Origin: an uncultured Spirochaetota bacterium
Lineage (GTDB): Bacteria > Spirochaetota > Spirochaetia > SZUA-6 > Fen-1364
NCBI GenBank assembly: GCA_963734545.1
Contig: CAVTHO010000006.1
Span: 288,001-352,000, forward strand
Length of the DNA: 64,000 nt
Direction: 5' to 3'
Of the stretch, positions 10,378 through 21,548 are shown one piece after another. Both the position numbers and the translations under genes were made by a program. Under the pieces are notes generated by a model. That model was not told the origin of the DNA. It did no database searches and was given only the letters and a program-made list of their open reading frames with translations. The first letter of the stretch is position 1; each line of letters starts with the position of its first letter.

Positions 10378-12425
10378 CCTGGTTTCTCCGCCTGCAGCCG
10401 GGCGAGCTCGTCCAGGGGAATGTGGCAGTAGATCCGGTGGTTGTTCCTTCCCTCGCGCCAGGGCGGGGTCTGGGTCTCGCAGATTTTGCCCAGCTTGCGC
10501 GGGCATCGCGTGTGGAACCGGCAGCCCGCGGGCACGTTCAGCGCGCTCGGTACGCTGCCTTCCAGGCGAAGGGGACGCTGCACGACGTCAGGGTCAGCCA
10601 CGGGGATGGCCGAGAGAAGGGCCTCCGTGTACGGGTGATAGGGCGGCGCGAAGACGTCCGAGGCATCGCCCCACTCCATCAGGGCGCCGAGATACATGAC
10701 CGCGATCCAATGGGAAAGGTGCTGCACGGCGGCCAGGTCGTGGGAAATGAAAAGGTAGGAGACGCCGTTCTTCTCCTGGAGCTCGGTGAGGAGATTGACG
10801 AGGGAAGCCTGGACGGACACGTCGAGCGACGAAAGCGGCTCGTCCAGGAGTATCAGCTCGGGTTCAGCGGCAAACGCACGCGCGATAGCCACCCTTTGTT
10901 TCTCGCCCCCGCTCAGCTCCTCGGGAAGACGATGAGAATAGCTCTCTGACAGGTTGACCGCCCGGAGGAGAGCGAGGACCCTGCTCTTGAGCTCCCCGCG
11001 CGGAACAGAGGAAAGAAGCAGGAGGGGGCGCCGGATGGCCCGGCCCACCGTGTGGCGCGGATTCAGGGAAGCCTCGGGATTCTGAAAGACCATCTGCAGC
11101 TTTTTCAGGATTGCCCTGGGGCGCTGCGCCACGCCGGCTTCGAGGCTCACACCGCCCAGCGTGATCTCCCCGCTGCTCTTCGGCGCAAGCCCGATGACGG
11201 CGCGCAGCATCGTGGTCTTTCCGCACCCGCTTTCCCCCACGACGCCGAGCGTGTTTCCCTGCCTGACCCAGAGCGTCACGCCGTCCACGGCTTTCACCGT
11301 CTTCTGCGCGCCCCCCGGGACTCCGAAGAGCCTTTCCGCGGCTGGATAGCTTTTTTTCAGGTCGTGGATCCGGAGCACCTCGCGCCGTTCTTCAGGATGC
11401 GGCGGGATGACCTGGGCGGCCCGGGCGTATTCCGCCGCCGTGGGCAGCTCGTTCCAGCGGAGACACGCGCTGAAATGGCCGGGCTGCACCTCGACCAGCG
11501 GCGGCCGCCGCAGCGTGCATTCCTCGCGGACAAAGGCGCATCGCGGGGCAAAGACGCATCCCCGGGGAAGCTCGTCCAGCCGCGGGATCATGCCGGGTAT
11601 GCTGGTGAGCAGGCGCTTTCCCGCATCGCGCTCGAAGCGCGGGACGCAGCCCAGCAGGCTCAGCGTGTAGGGATGAAGGGGGCGCGTGTAGAGGGTGCGC
11701 ATCTCCGCCTGCTCGCAGAACTCCCCCGCGTACATGACACCCACCCGGTCGCAGAGCTTGGAGACCACGGCAAGGTCATGGGTGATGTACAGTATCGAGG
11801 AATCGAACTGCTTCTTGAGACGCTGAACGAGGTCGAGGACGACAGCCTGCGTGGTCACGTCCAGCGCGGTTGTCGGCTCGTCCAGGATGAGGAGCTCCGG
11901 CTCGGTGATCAGCGCCATGGCGATGACGGAGCGCTGCAGCATGCCGCCGGAAAGCTGGTGAGGGTAGCGGCGGAGGACAGACTCGGGATCAGGCATCGCC
12001 ACCCGGGCCAGCATGTCCCGTGCCTTCCTGCCGGCCTCCTCCCGTGACAGCCCGAGGTGCCGCCGGGCCACTTCCGCAAGCTGCGCGCCGATCCTCATCG
12101 AAGGATTGAGCGCCGTGGACGGGTTCTGGTAGACCATGCCGATGCGGCTTCCCCAGATCCTCCGCATCCGCCGCCGGGACAATCCGGTGAGCTGCTCGTC
12201 CCGCAGCCGGGAGAAGCCCGCGGTGACCCGTCCGTTGCCGCTCAGGTAGCCGATGGCCCCCATGGCAAGCGTGGTCTTTCCCGATCCCGATTCACCGACG
12301 AGCCCGAAGCATTCTTTCTCCGCAATGGTCAGGGTCGCATCCCGCACAGCCCCCAGGAGCCCGGATTCCGTTTCGTACCCGATCGAGAGTCCCTGGGTGT
12401 GAAAAACAGGCGGGCGATCTGCCAC
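10374..12425 (-). CDS. Fused DppD/DppF-type ABC ATP-binding protein (start approximate)
   Basis: Two Walker A motifs (GESGSGKT, GESGCGKT), LSGG signatures, HPYT and C-terminal Cys motifs. Confidence 0.9.
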   Translation of the reverse strand: MADRPPVFHTQGLSIGYETESGLLGAVRDATLTIAEKECFGLVGESGSGKTTLAMGAIGYLSGNGRVTAGFSRLRDEQLTGLSRRRMRRIWGSRIGMVYQNPSTALNPSMRIGAQLAEVARRHLGLSREEAGRKARDMLARVAMPDPESVLRRYPHQLSGGMLQRSVIAMALITEPELLILDEPTTALDVTTQAVVLDLVQRLKKQFDSSILYITHDLAVVSKLCDRVGVMYAGEFCEQAEMRTLYTRPLHPYTLSLLGCVPRFERDAGKRLLTSIPGMIPRLDELPRGCVFAPRCAFVREECTLRRPPLVEVQPGHFSACLRWNELPTAAEYARAAQVIPPHPEERREVLRIHDLKKSYPAAERLFGVPGGAQKTVKAVDGVTLWVRQGNTLGVVGESGCGKTTMLRAVIGLAPKSSGEITLGGVSLEAGVAQRPRAILKKLQMVFQNPEASLNPRHTVGRAIRRPLLLLSSVPRGELKSRVLALLRAVNLSESYSHRLPEELSGGEKQRVAIARAFAAEPELILLDEPLSSLDVSVQASLVNLLTELQEKNGVSYLFISHDLAAVQHLSHWIAVMYLGALMEWGDASDVFAPPYHPYTEALLSAIPVADPDVVQRPLRLEGSVPSALNVPAGCRFHTRCPRKLGKICETQTPPWREGRNNHRIYCHIPLDELARLQAEKPG

Positions 12426-12430
12426 GACCG

Positions 12431-13297
12431 CTACCTCCCCGTTCCCGGCTGCAGGACCTGGCGCAGCCCGTCCGTCATCAGGTTGGTGGCCACCACGAGC
12501 AGGGATATGGCCCCGGCAGGAAAGAGAAGGATCCACGGCGCGGTGGAGAAGTAGCTTCGGGCCTCGTTGATCTGCAGGCCCCAGTCCGGGGACGGCGGCT
12601 GGACCCCCAGGCCGAGGAAGCCGAGCGAGGCCACGAGAAAGATCGAATAGGAGAAACGCACCGACATTTCCACCAGGAGAGGCGCCATTGCATTGGGGAG
12701 TATCTCCCGGAAGAGTATGACCGAGTCCCGCTCACCCCGGATCCTGGCCGCCTCCACGAACTCCTTTGTCTTGAGATCCAGCACCATGCTGCGCGCCAGG
12801 CGCGCGAGCATGGGCACGTAGAGGACCGTCACCACGAGGAGCAGGTTCAACACGGACGGGCCCACCGTGGCGAGCAGGAGCAGCGCGAAGAGCAGGGGCG
12901 GGAAGGAGAGCAGGACGTCCAGGATCCTCATGAGCGCTTCATCCCAGAGCCGCCCGTAGTAGCCGGACAGCAGGCCGATGCTCACGCCGATCAGGGCGGC
13001 GAGCAGGGTCCCGGTGCCGCTCAGAAGGAAAATGGTGCGGCTTCCTGCCAGGACCCGGCTGAAGATATCCCTTCCGTACTGGTCCGTGCCGAAGAGGTGC
13101 GCGGCGCCCGGCGGCATGAGCCGGGAGGCGATGTCCTGGGCCTGGAACTGGTACGGGGCCACCAGGCTCCCGAAAATCGCCATGAGGAGAAAGAAGAGAA
13201 ACACGATTGTCCCGGCGAGCGCGGCGGGGTTCCGTCGGAGCCTCTCCCAGGAGCGGAGGAGCACGCGGACCCGGCGGGAGCTTTCAGAGACTTTCAT
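12431..13297 (-). CDS. Peptide/nickel ABC transporter permease (DppC-like)
   Basis: HLFGTDQYGRDIFSR, EFVEAAR, LGFLGLG..PDWG. Confidence 0.9.
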   Translation of the reverse strand: MKVSESSRRVRVLLRSWERLRRNPAALAGTIVFLFFLLMAIFGSLVAPYQFQAQDIASRLMPPGAAHLFGTDQYGRDIFSRVLAGSRTIFLLSGTGTLLAALIGVSIGLLSGYYGRLWDEALMRILDVLLSFPPLLFALLLLATVGPSVLNLLLVVTVLYVPMLARLARSMVLDLKTKEFVEAARIRGERDSVILFREILPNAMAPLLVEMSVRFSYSIFLVASLGFLGLGVQPPSPDWGLQINEARSYFSTAPWILLFPAGAISLLVVATNLMTDGLRQVLQPGTGR

Positions 13298-13351
13298 TGG
13301 AATACCCCCGACGGACCGGGGGTATTCCGATTCCACACGACCGGCAAACCG

Positions 13352-14878
13352 CTATTTCTTGAAGTATGCGTTCGTGAACCGGGTCCTGGCCCAGTCCGAT
13401 GCAAGGACGACGCCCTCGAGATTGGCGCTGAGCCCCGCCACCGCGTTCTCAAAATAGGTCACGATGATCGGCCCCCGGTCGATCAGGATCTGCTGCGCCT
13501 GCTTGTACAGCGCGGCGCGCTTTGCCTTGTTCATCTCCTTGTCCACCTTGGCAGTGAGCGCGTCGAACTCCGCATCCGACCAGTGGCTTTCGTTCCACTG
13601 ACTCTCGCTCGTGTAGGCGAGCTTGAAGTAGGTGACGGGCGTGGCCCGGGTGCCCCAGTCGGTGATGCCGAAATCGGCCTTCAGCCAGCTCTGGTCCCCT
13701 TCCCCGTAGTACACGTCGGAGGGAACGACCTGGATGTCGACATCCACGCCGATCTTCGCCATCTGTTCCTTCCACACCGTGGCCACGGGAACGACGTCAA
13801 GCGCGTTCTGCGCGGCCAGTGAGATCTTCAGCCCGTCCGGGTATCCGGCATCGGCAAGAAGCTTCTTCGCCTTTGCGAGGTCGAGCTTCGGGGGCTTGTT
13901 GAGGTAGTAGTCGGTGAACCCCGGCCCGACCGGCGTGAAGCCATTGCCCACGGACGCGAGGCCCGGGCGCACCGCGTTGATCAGCGCCTGGTGGTCCGTG
14001 GCCAGCTTCAGGGCCTGGCGCACGCGATTGTCCGCCGCGGGGTGGCCCGCATCCGAGCGCATGTGCAGGACCCAGTGCATATTGGAGTTGTTGGTGATGA
14101 TCTTCGTGCCGCTGTCCGCCTTCACGGCGTCCGCGAACTGCGTGCTCAAGCCGGGCACGTAGTTGAGCTGGTTCCCGCGCAGGGCTTCCACCTGTCCGCC
14201 CAGGTCAGGGGAGAAGATCATGTCGATCTCATCCAGGTAGGGCAGGGCGATTCCGTTCGCGTCCTTCTGCCTGAAGTAGGGGTTCTTTTTCAGCACGAGC
14301 CTGTCTTCGGGAGAATAGGAGGCGATCATGAACGCCCCGCTTCCCACCCTCTCTTTGCCGGGCTCCGTGCTGCCGCTGGGAATGATGCACGCATGATAGT
14401 CCCCCACGTCGCTGGCGAACTCGGGATTTGTGTCCGCAAGGGTGAACTGCACGCGTGTTGCGTCGAGGCCCTTGATATCCTGGATGCCCTTGAAGAGGCT
14501 TGCCGCGGGGCTGCCCACCTTGGGGTCCCGCAGACGGTTGAAGCTGAAGATCACGTCATCCACGGTGACAGGCTTCCCGTTGTTGAATCGGGCGCCGCTC
14601 TGCAGGGTGAAGATCCACACCTTGCCGTCGGCCGACTGCCACTTTGTGGCGAGGTCCGGCACCGGCCTGTTATTCGGATCGATGAATGTCAGGTGCTGGT
14701 ACACCTGCTCCAGGACCGTGATATCGGCGATGGACGTCGCGAAGTGCGGGTCCAGGTTGCCGATGGGCTGGCTTCCCACCTTCAGGATGCCCCCGGGCAC
14801 CGCGGGCGCGGCCCAGAGGGAGGTCACCGAGAAGAGGAGAACCGTGATCAAGAATCCGGGAAATACCTTCCGTGCCAT
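13352..14878 (-). CDS. ABC transporter substrate-binding protein, family 5
   Basis: Signal peptide, LDPH, PDLA..W, VTVDDVIFSF, RVRQAL. Confidence 0.9.
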   Translation of the reverse strand: MARKVFPGFLITVLLFSVTSLWAAPAVPGGILKVGSQPIGNLDPHFATSIADITVLEQVYQHLTFIDPNNRPVPDLATKWQSADGKVWIFTLQSGARFNNGKPVTVDDVIFSFNRLRDPKVGSPAASLFKGIQDIKGLDATRVQFTLADTNPEFASDVGDYHACIIPSGSTEPGKERVGSGAFMIASYSPEDRLVLKKNPYFRQKDANGIALPYLDEIDMIFSPDLGGQVEALRGNQLNYVPGLSTQFADAVKADSGTKIITNNSNMHWVLHMRSDAGHPAADNRVRQALKLATDHQALINAVRPGLASVGNGFTPVGPGFTDYYLNKPPKLDLAKAKKLLADAGYPDGLKISLAAQNALDVVPVATVWKEQMAKIGVDVDIQVVPSDVYYGEGDQSWLKADFGITDWGTRATPVTYFKLAYTSESQWNESHWSDAEFDALTAKVDKEMNKAKRAALYKQAQQILIDRGPIIVTYFENAVAGLSANLEGVVLASDWARTRFTNAYFKK

Positions 14879-15004
14879 GAAGACGCCTCCTTCTTTGCCA
14901 CAATAGTAGCCATGAACACTTTCCTAATGCAAGGGAAAGCGCCGCGAGGAGGCCCGAGTGACTCATCCGCCCATGCAGTGATAGAATGAAGGAAAGGGGA
15001 TATC

Positions 15005-17157
15005 GTGCCGGAGGACGCAAGGATCGTATCGGGGCACTGCGGACTCTGCCCGTCCGGGTGCGCCGTCCGGATTTCGGTGGAAGGCAACCGGATCGGCAAA
15101 GTCGTGCCGCAGAAGCGCCGCCCGGATGCGGTGAGCTGCGCCCGGGTCAGCCATGCGGCCGACATCGTGCATGCGCCGGACCGGCTCCTGTATCCGCTGA
15201 AAAGGGCGGGCGCCCGGGGGAAAACCGTTTCGTGCGGATAAGCTGGGCAGAGGCCCTCGACACGATTGCCGTCGGGCTTCAGGATGTTGCGCGCCGGCAG
15301 GGCCCGCAGGCGGTCTGCATGTACACGGGCCGCGGAACATTCGAGAGGTCGCTCTGGGAGATGCTTGCCCCTGCCGGTGTGCGTGAAACGAGCGCCTGGA
15401 GCCTGCTCTTTCCGTTCGGCTCGCCCAACACGACCGGGGCCGGTTCCAACTGCTACGTGAGCCACGCGGTCCTCGCCCCTGCCGTCACGTTCGGCGTCTG
15501 GTGGGCGGACACGCTGCCTGATCTGGAAAACTCCCGGCTCATCGTGGTCTGGGGCACGAACCCCGCCAATGCCTCCCCTCCCGTGCTGATGCGCCGGATC
15601 GAAAAGGCCGTGCAGCGGGGGGCCAGGGTCGTGGTGATCGATCATCGACGCACCGAAACCGCCCGGCGCACCGGCGCGCAGTGGCTCGCAATCCGGCCCG
15701 GCACGGACGGCGCGCTGGCGCTTTCCATGATCCACGTGCTCATTGAAGAGGGGCTGCACGATCGGGAGTTCGCGGAGCGCTGGACCGTGGGCTTCGACGA
15801 GCTTCGAGCTTATGTCGCCGGCTTTCCGCCTGAAAAGGCCGAAGAGATGACCGGCATTCCTGCAGAGACCATCCGCGAGACGGCAAGGGCCATTGCGGCC
15901 TCCGGCGGCGCCGCCCTTCTTTCCTATACCGGGCTGGAATACACGAACAGCGGCGTGCAGAACATACGCGCGGTCAAGATACTCTGGAGCCTGTCAGGCA
16001 ACCTCGATGTCCCGGGCGGGAATCTCATCAAGATGCCGGACACTGATTTCAAGGTGAATACCGGCCATCGCCTCGAGCCGCCATCCGGCGTCGATCCGAT
16101 CGGGAAGAGCAAGTATCCCCTCTACCATCTTTTCAGAAAAGAAGCCCATGCAATGGAGCTGCCCACGGGCAATCCTCCACGATGACCCGTACCCGGTGCG
16201 CGCAATGCTGGTGTGGGGCGCGTCGATCATCACCGGCTATCCCAACCCCGGCCTGTGGCGGCGCGCTTTCTCCGCGCTCGACTTTCTTCTCGTGGTGGAC
16301 CGTTTTCCCACAGAGGACTCGCGCTACGCGGACATCATCCTGCCCGCTGCCACGTCCTTCGAGGAGGATTCCTACCTCATCTCGGGCCGCCGCGTGGAGC
16401 TGCGCCGCAAGGTCATCGAGCCGCAGGGGGAATCGCGGAGCGACTGGGACATCGTCGCGGCGATTGCCGGCAGGCTCGGATACGGTCACCTCTTCCCGCG
16501 CTCGTCCCGGGAAATGCTGCGCTGGGCGTTCGAGGGAACAGAGATCGACCTGGAGGAGCTGGAGAAGACCGGAGAGGTATCGCTCCCGGTTTCTCCCATG
16601 CGCTACCGCAAGTGGGAATCCGGACTCCTGCGCCGGGACGGGAAGCCCGGGTTCGACACGCCGTCCGGCAAGCTCGAGATTGCCTCGAGCATCCTGAAAG
16701 AAAACGGATACGACCCCCTGCCCGGTCTATGCACCGCCCCGGGAAGGGCCTTCGGCGGCCCCCGGGCTTTCCCGGGAGTTTCCCCTCGTGTTCAATTCAG
16801 GCTCGCGCAACAAGACTTTCTTCAACTCCCAGCACCACAACATCGCGCGCCTCGCCGCGCAGAGACCCAATCCCCAGGCGTGGATGAATCCGCGCGATGC
16901 GCGCCCTCGCGGCATTGCGAGCGGCGATGCCGTGGACGTGGTGACCCCGAGAGGCCGTGTCCGATTCGAGGCTTTTGTCACGGAGGATATCGCTCCGGGA
17001 GCCGTGGAGGTGGACGCATCCGGCGGCGGCCCGCTGGGACCCCGGTCCTGGAGGGAAGCCAATGTGAACGAGCTGACGGACAGCGAGAATCGGGACCCGC
17101 TCTCCGGTTTCCCGGTTTACAAAGCGCTGCTCTGCGACGTGCGCAAATCCAGTCTAG
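15005..17157 (+). CDS. Molybdopterin (bis-MGD) oxidoreductase, frameshifted; 3' end approximate
   Basis: CGLCPSGC..C Fe-S motif, DRLLYPLKR, ISWAEALD, WGTNP, RPGTDGALAL, ADIILPAA, TPSGKLEI, MNPRDA..RGI..GD; no obvious TAT signal. Confidence 0.85.
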
Positions 17158-18572
17158 AGCCCGAGCACCTTTTCCACTTCCCGGGCCATCTTGTCCGGGA
17201 GGGGCGTGCCCGGGTGGCTGTCCATGAGGGCCAGCGTCTTGTCCCTCACCCTGGCGTGAAGGTCTTTCGAGCCCGAGGATTGCCAGCCGTCAAAACGCTG
17301 CCGGTCGAAAAGCGTCGGCTGCCAGAACTCACGGAAATGATTCAGCGTGTGATCCTCGCCCAGAAAGTTTCCTCCCGGGCCCACGGCGTGCACGACATCC
17401 AGGGCAAGGGACTCCTCATCGATGGAGAACCCGCGGGCGAAATGCCTCATCATGCCGATCATGTCCGCCGTGAATACCATCATCTCCGGCGAGGTGATGA
17501 GCCCCGCCTCCAGGTATCCCACGTCATGGACGAGGTTCGTTCCGCCCAGCATGGCGGTCTGGACCGAAAAGACGGCGTCCGCCGCGGCCTGCTCGTCGAA
17601 CAGGATTCCGTCCGTGTGCCCCGCATAGCCCCAGCTCGGCAGGCCGTAGTACCGGCCCATGCACGCCACCGCGACCCGCGCAAGCTGGAACTCGGGAGCC
17701 CCGTACACGCTGATGGACGTTTTCATGTCCAGGTGGTGCAGACCGCTTCCATAGAGAAAGGGCGCGCCGGCGCGTTTCATCTGCTGAATGACCAGGCTGC
17801 TCAGCACTTCGGCGTTTCCCAGGGCGAGCCCTCCCGCGAGCGTCACGGGCGCCGTGCTGCCCATCATGGGGGCAGGTGAATGCACGACGGGCAGGCCCTG
17901 CTCCGCCATGTAGAGGAGCTTCTCGGTGGCGGTGCGGCTGTGCTGCAGCGGCGTGGTGGGCTCCGAGTACAGCAGCAGCGTGGGGTTGAGCCTCAGCTTC
18001 TCCATCCCGCCTGCCACCATGGCCGCGGCCTCCGCAATGGCGCGGCAGTCCGACTCGTCGTCGCACACGAAGACAACGGGTTTCACGCTGTTCTCTATGA
18101 GGGTGGCATACTGCCTGCGGTAGGTGCGGCCGGTGAAATCCCGCGGTATGCCCATGGACATGAGGAATGAAAGCTCGGGAAGAGCGTCGACCAGGCGCGC
18201 GCAGGCCTTCAGGTCCGCGAGGGTGAACGGCCGCCGCTCCCCGGTGCGGGGATCCAGGTAGTTGGGACAATCGGAACCGGGACCAAAGCTCGTCTCACCG
18301 GGGCGCAGCGCCACGGTGGCCCTGTCCGTGCCGCGCTCACAGAGGGCGATCTCGGAGGGGGCCTGCTTCAGGGCCCACTCGGCAAGTCCGGGTGGAATGC
18401 GCACCAGGTTGCCGTCGGTCACGGGGCAGCCGGAGTCGCGAAGCAGCGCAAGTGCTTCCTCGTGGTGCACCCGGACACCAGTCCGTCTCAAGATCTCGAG
18501 GGAGGCGTGGTGAATCATGTCGCACTGGGCCCGGTCCATGAGCTGAAGGGAGGGAATTGCGCGTGAAGTCAT
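17154..18572 (-). CDS. Trimethylamine methyltransferase (MttB) family protein, no pyrrolysine
   Basis: IHHASLEIL..TG, GSTAPVTLAG.LA..NAE.L, YGAPE, VGPGGNFL..DHTL..F; no in-frame TAG. Confidence 0.88.
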   Translation of the reverse strand: MTSRAIPSLQLMDRAQCDMIHHASLEILRRTGVRVHHEEALALLRDSGCPVTDGNLVRIPPGLAEWALKQAPSEIALCERGTDRATVALRPGETSFGPGSDCPNYLDPRTGERRPFTLADLKACARLVDALPELSFLMSMGIPRDFTGRTYRRQYATLIENSVKPVVFVCDDESDCRAIAEAAAMVAGGMEKLRLNPTLLLYSEPTTPLQHSRTATEKLLYMAEQGLPVVHSPAPMMGSTAPVTLAGGLALGNAEVLSSLVIQQMKRAGAPFLYGSGLHHLDMKTSISVYGAPEFQLARVAVACMGRYYGLPSWGYAGHTDGILFDEQAAADAVFSVQTAMLGGTNLVHDVGYLEAGLITSPEMMVFTADMIGMMRHFARGFSIDEESLALDVVHAVGPGGNFLGEDHTLNHFREFWQPTLFDRQRFDGWQSSGSKDLHARVRDKTLALMDSHPGTPLPDKMAREVEKVLGL

Positions 18573-18647
18573 GCCTTACGTATAGGCCGCGCGCCGCCCG
18601 CTGTCAAGAAAATGGCATGGGGGGTAGTGTCCTGACTTGAAAAGTCT

Positions 18648-19277
18648 TCAGGAATTCCTGTAGTCGATTGGATCCAGGCAATCATCATATTGCGCTCGGC
18701 TGATCTTGATCCAGTCAGTCCCGTCGATGCCTCTTGAGTTTTGCGTCCCCGGTCCGACCGGATATGCGCAAGCTGTCCCGATCCATTGGCCTTGCATCTT
18801 TGAAATGGTTTTCACTTCTTTGACAGCTTCGCTCAGATCTTGGTCTTGGCTAAATATAAGAGCAACATCATATGCATTGGCCAGAGCCAAGCGCACGATG
18901 TCCAGAGCAATTCGAACATCTACGCCCTTCTCTTGGCCAATGCGAGCCACCGTTGTACTGCCATCGGGCAAGAGGATTGTCCTTGGACGGTATCTAAGTG
19001 GGCGAGTGAATGAACGAATGCCCCGAGTGCCCATAACCGCAAGCTTCTTTGACCAAAACTTATGCCAATCAGGTTTTTCAACGGACCCAGGAATCCCGGT
19101 GTAGAAATAGATGCCTGATATCGTCCAGCCCTTTGCCTTGCACACTAGTTCCGTTAGCAGCTTTGGGTCATAGTTTGGGAAAGCGTACCCAAATGCTTCC
19201 TTTGCCTGATAGAAAAGGTTTTGGCCGTCAAAAAAGGCAACAACTCTTTTTATTGTTGGTTCGGTTGGCACTCTCAA
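18648..19277 (-). CDS. NYN domain (PIN-like) ribonuclease on an AT-rich insert
   Basis: FFDGQNL, QEKGVDVRIALD, FSQDQDL; GC clearly below flanks. Confidence 0.88.
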   Translation of the reverse strand: MRVPTEPTIKRVVAFFDGQNLFYQAKEAFGYAFPNYDPKLLTELVCKAKGWTISGIYFYTGIPGSVEKPDWHKFWSKKLAVMGTRGIRSFTRPLRYRPRTILLPDGSTTVARIGQEKGVDVRIALDIVRLALANAYDVALIFSQDQDLSEAVKEVKTISKMQGQWIGTACAYPVGPGTQNSRGIDGTDWIKISRAQYDDCLDPIDYRNS

Positions 19278-19285
19278 TACCTTTG

Positions 19286-19385
19286 AAAATAAAAAACCCC
19301 ACCGGAGGCCCGAAGGCTGATCCAGCGGGGATCAGATTCCTAACGAATCTATTGGTACTTTAGCTCCATAGAATCCCGGTGTCAA
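19286..19385 (-). promoter_or_regulatory. Promoter plus structured leader with terminator-like hairpin upstream of the NYN gene
   Basis: TTGACA (19385-19380)-17nt-TAAAGT; hairpin 19330-19297 with UUCG loop, then U-tract. Confidence 0.7.
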
Positions 19386-19582
19386 CAAAAAGATCGGAAA
19401 ATCTACGAAAAGAATCAATACTAGAAATATTTAATATCTCTATTATGAATCAGCCTTCCCAAACAGGCGTTCCCTTATAGTGCTCGTCAATATGAACGGA
19501 GCGAAGCCAGGGGCCGCGGGACGACCTACTTGACCGCCGCACGGCGAAGGTTATTTTAGTGTCTGGAAGAAGGAGAGCGAAA

Positions 19583-20573
19583 ATGAAGCCGGTCGTCTGG
19601 GGCATACTTTCCGTATCAACGCACTACAGGCTGCGCGTGCACACGTTTCTGAAGAAATCTCCGCTCGTGGATATCCGCGGCATCGCCTCACGCTCGAGGG
19701 AAAGGGCAAGCGAGGCGGCACGCGATCTCGGGCTCCAGAAGGCGTATGGGTCCTACGAGGAGCTGCTGGCGGATCGGGAGATCGAGGCCGTCTATATCCC
19801 GCTTCCCAACCACATGCACGCGGAGTGGGTGAAAAAGGCGGCGGACGCGGGCAAGCACGTCCTCTGCGAGAAGCCCTTTGCCATGGACGCGAAGGAAGCG
19901 GAACAGGCCATCCGGCACGCCGAGCGCAAGGGAGTGCTCGTGATGGAGGCTTTCATGTACCGGTTCCATCCCCAGTGGAAGAGGGCGCGGGAGATCGTCC
20001 GGGCCGGTGAGATCGGGGAAGTGCAATCGGTGAACACGATCTTCTCCTACATGCTGACAGATCCGTCCAACATCAGGAACGTCCTTGCCGCGGGCGGCGG
20101 AGCCATCCCTGACATCGGCTGCTATGCCGTCTCCAGCGCGCGCTTCCTGGTGGGCCGGGAGCCTGTCCGGGTGGTCAGCCTCGTGCATCGCGACCCGAAG
20201 CTCAAGACCGACATCCTCACCTCCGGGATCCTGGATTTCGGCAAGGCGCGCTGTGTCTTCACGATCGGCACGCAGAGCTTCCCCTGGCAGCGCGTGGATG
20301 TCCTGGGCTCCGGCGGCGAGCTTTCCGTGCATCATCCCCTTCAATGCCTTCCCCGACGTGCCCATGCAGGTGAGCGTCACCACGGGGGTCGGCCCGAGGA
20401 ACTACCTCTCTCCCCCGTCCGATCAGTACGTGGAAATGTTCGAGCCTTTCTCCCGTGCAGTACGGGAAGGCGGTCCCGCGCCCACGCCGCCGCAGGATGC
20501 GATTGACAACATGAAGGTGCTGGACGCGTTGTTCCGCTCGGAGAAATCCGGGACCTGGGAGCAGGTAGGGTAG
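19583..20573 (+). CDS. Gfo/Idh/MocA family oxidoreductase, frameshifted
   Basis: YGSYEELL, VYIPLPNHMH, KHVLCEKP, EAFMYRFHPQW, DIGCY. Confidence 0.9.
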
Positions 20574-20581
20574 GCCGCGCA

Positions 20582-21444
20582 GTGGATACCACGGGAAGAA
20601 GCGTTGTCGTCACGGGGGTTTCCACCGGCATCGGCAATGGAATAACCCGCGTGCTGGTCCGGCAGGGCGTCCATGTCTTCGGAAGCGTGCGCAGGCGGGA
20701 GGACGCCGCGCGCCTCTCCGCGGAGCTCGGCAGCGGGTTCACCCCGCTGCTGTTCGACGTGACGGACACGCGCGCCATTGCGGCAGCCGTCGACCTCGTC
20801 CGAAAGAGCCTTTCCGGTGCCACCCTCATGGGCCTGGTCAACAATGCCGGCATCTCCGTGTTCGGGCCCCTGATGTACGTGCCCCTTGATGAGTTCCGCC
20901 GGCAGCTCGAGGTGAACCTCGTGTCCGTGCTCGCCGTGACCCAGGCGTTCCTCCCGCTGCTCGGCGCCGACCGGTCCCTGAGCCGGTGCCCCGGGGAGAA
21001 TCGTCAACATGGGTTCGGTGGGCGGGAAAATCGCGGCGCCGTTTCTCGGACCATATGCCGCTTCGAAGTTCGCCCTGGAGGGCCTGTCGGAGAGCCTGCG
21101 CCGCGAGCTGATGCTTTTCGGGATAGACGTCATCGTGATCGGCCCGGGAGCGGTGGCCACGCCGATCTGGGACAAGGCCGAGCGTGAAGACACCAGCTCG
21201 ATTCGAAGGCACCGAATATGCCGCCCCGCTTCGAAAGTTCGGGGCCTACTTTCTGAAGGAAGGCAAGGCGGGCTATCCGCCGGAGCGCGTCGGTGCGGTC
21301 GTGTGGCGCGCGCTTTCCCGCGCCCGTCCCCGGGTCCGCTATGCGGTTGTTCCTCACGTGCTGCGGGGCTGGATCATTCCTCGACTTCTTCCCAAGCGCC
21401 TCATTGATCGAATCATCGGAAGGAGCACCGGCCTCAGCACCTGA
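20582..21444 (+). CDS. Short-chain dehydrogenase/reductase, frameshifted
   Basis: TGVSTGIG, LVNNAG, YAASK. Confidence 0.9.
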
Positions 21445-21548
21445 GCGGCACGGTTCACGGTTCACGGTTCACAGGTCGATCAGGCCGCCATCCCCGCTGG
21501 GCCGCCATCCCTGTCGGAATTTTTTTCTTGACTTTTCCAGTTAGCTAT

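Noticed and set aside
15005-17157. Acetylene hydratase assignment
   Set aside because: The Fe-S motif is CGLCPSGC and lacks the catalytic Asp after the second Cys.
17158-17879. Long 3' extension of the molybdoenzyme ORF overlapping the MttB gene
   Set aside because: Homology ends at CDVRK near 17150; the extension is antisense to a good gene and probably reflects a stop missed through an indel.
20582-21444. SDR as the CapC-like dehydrocapnine reductase
   Set aside because: It lies 12 kb from the cysteate genes in a different operon, with no specific evidence.
21451-21471. (CGGTTCA)x3 tandem repeat
   Set aside because: Very short, no spacers and no cas genes; not CRISPR, and no CRISPR array was seen elsewhere in the window.
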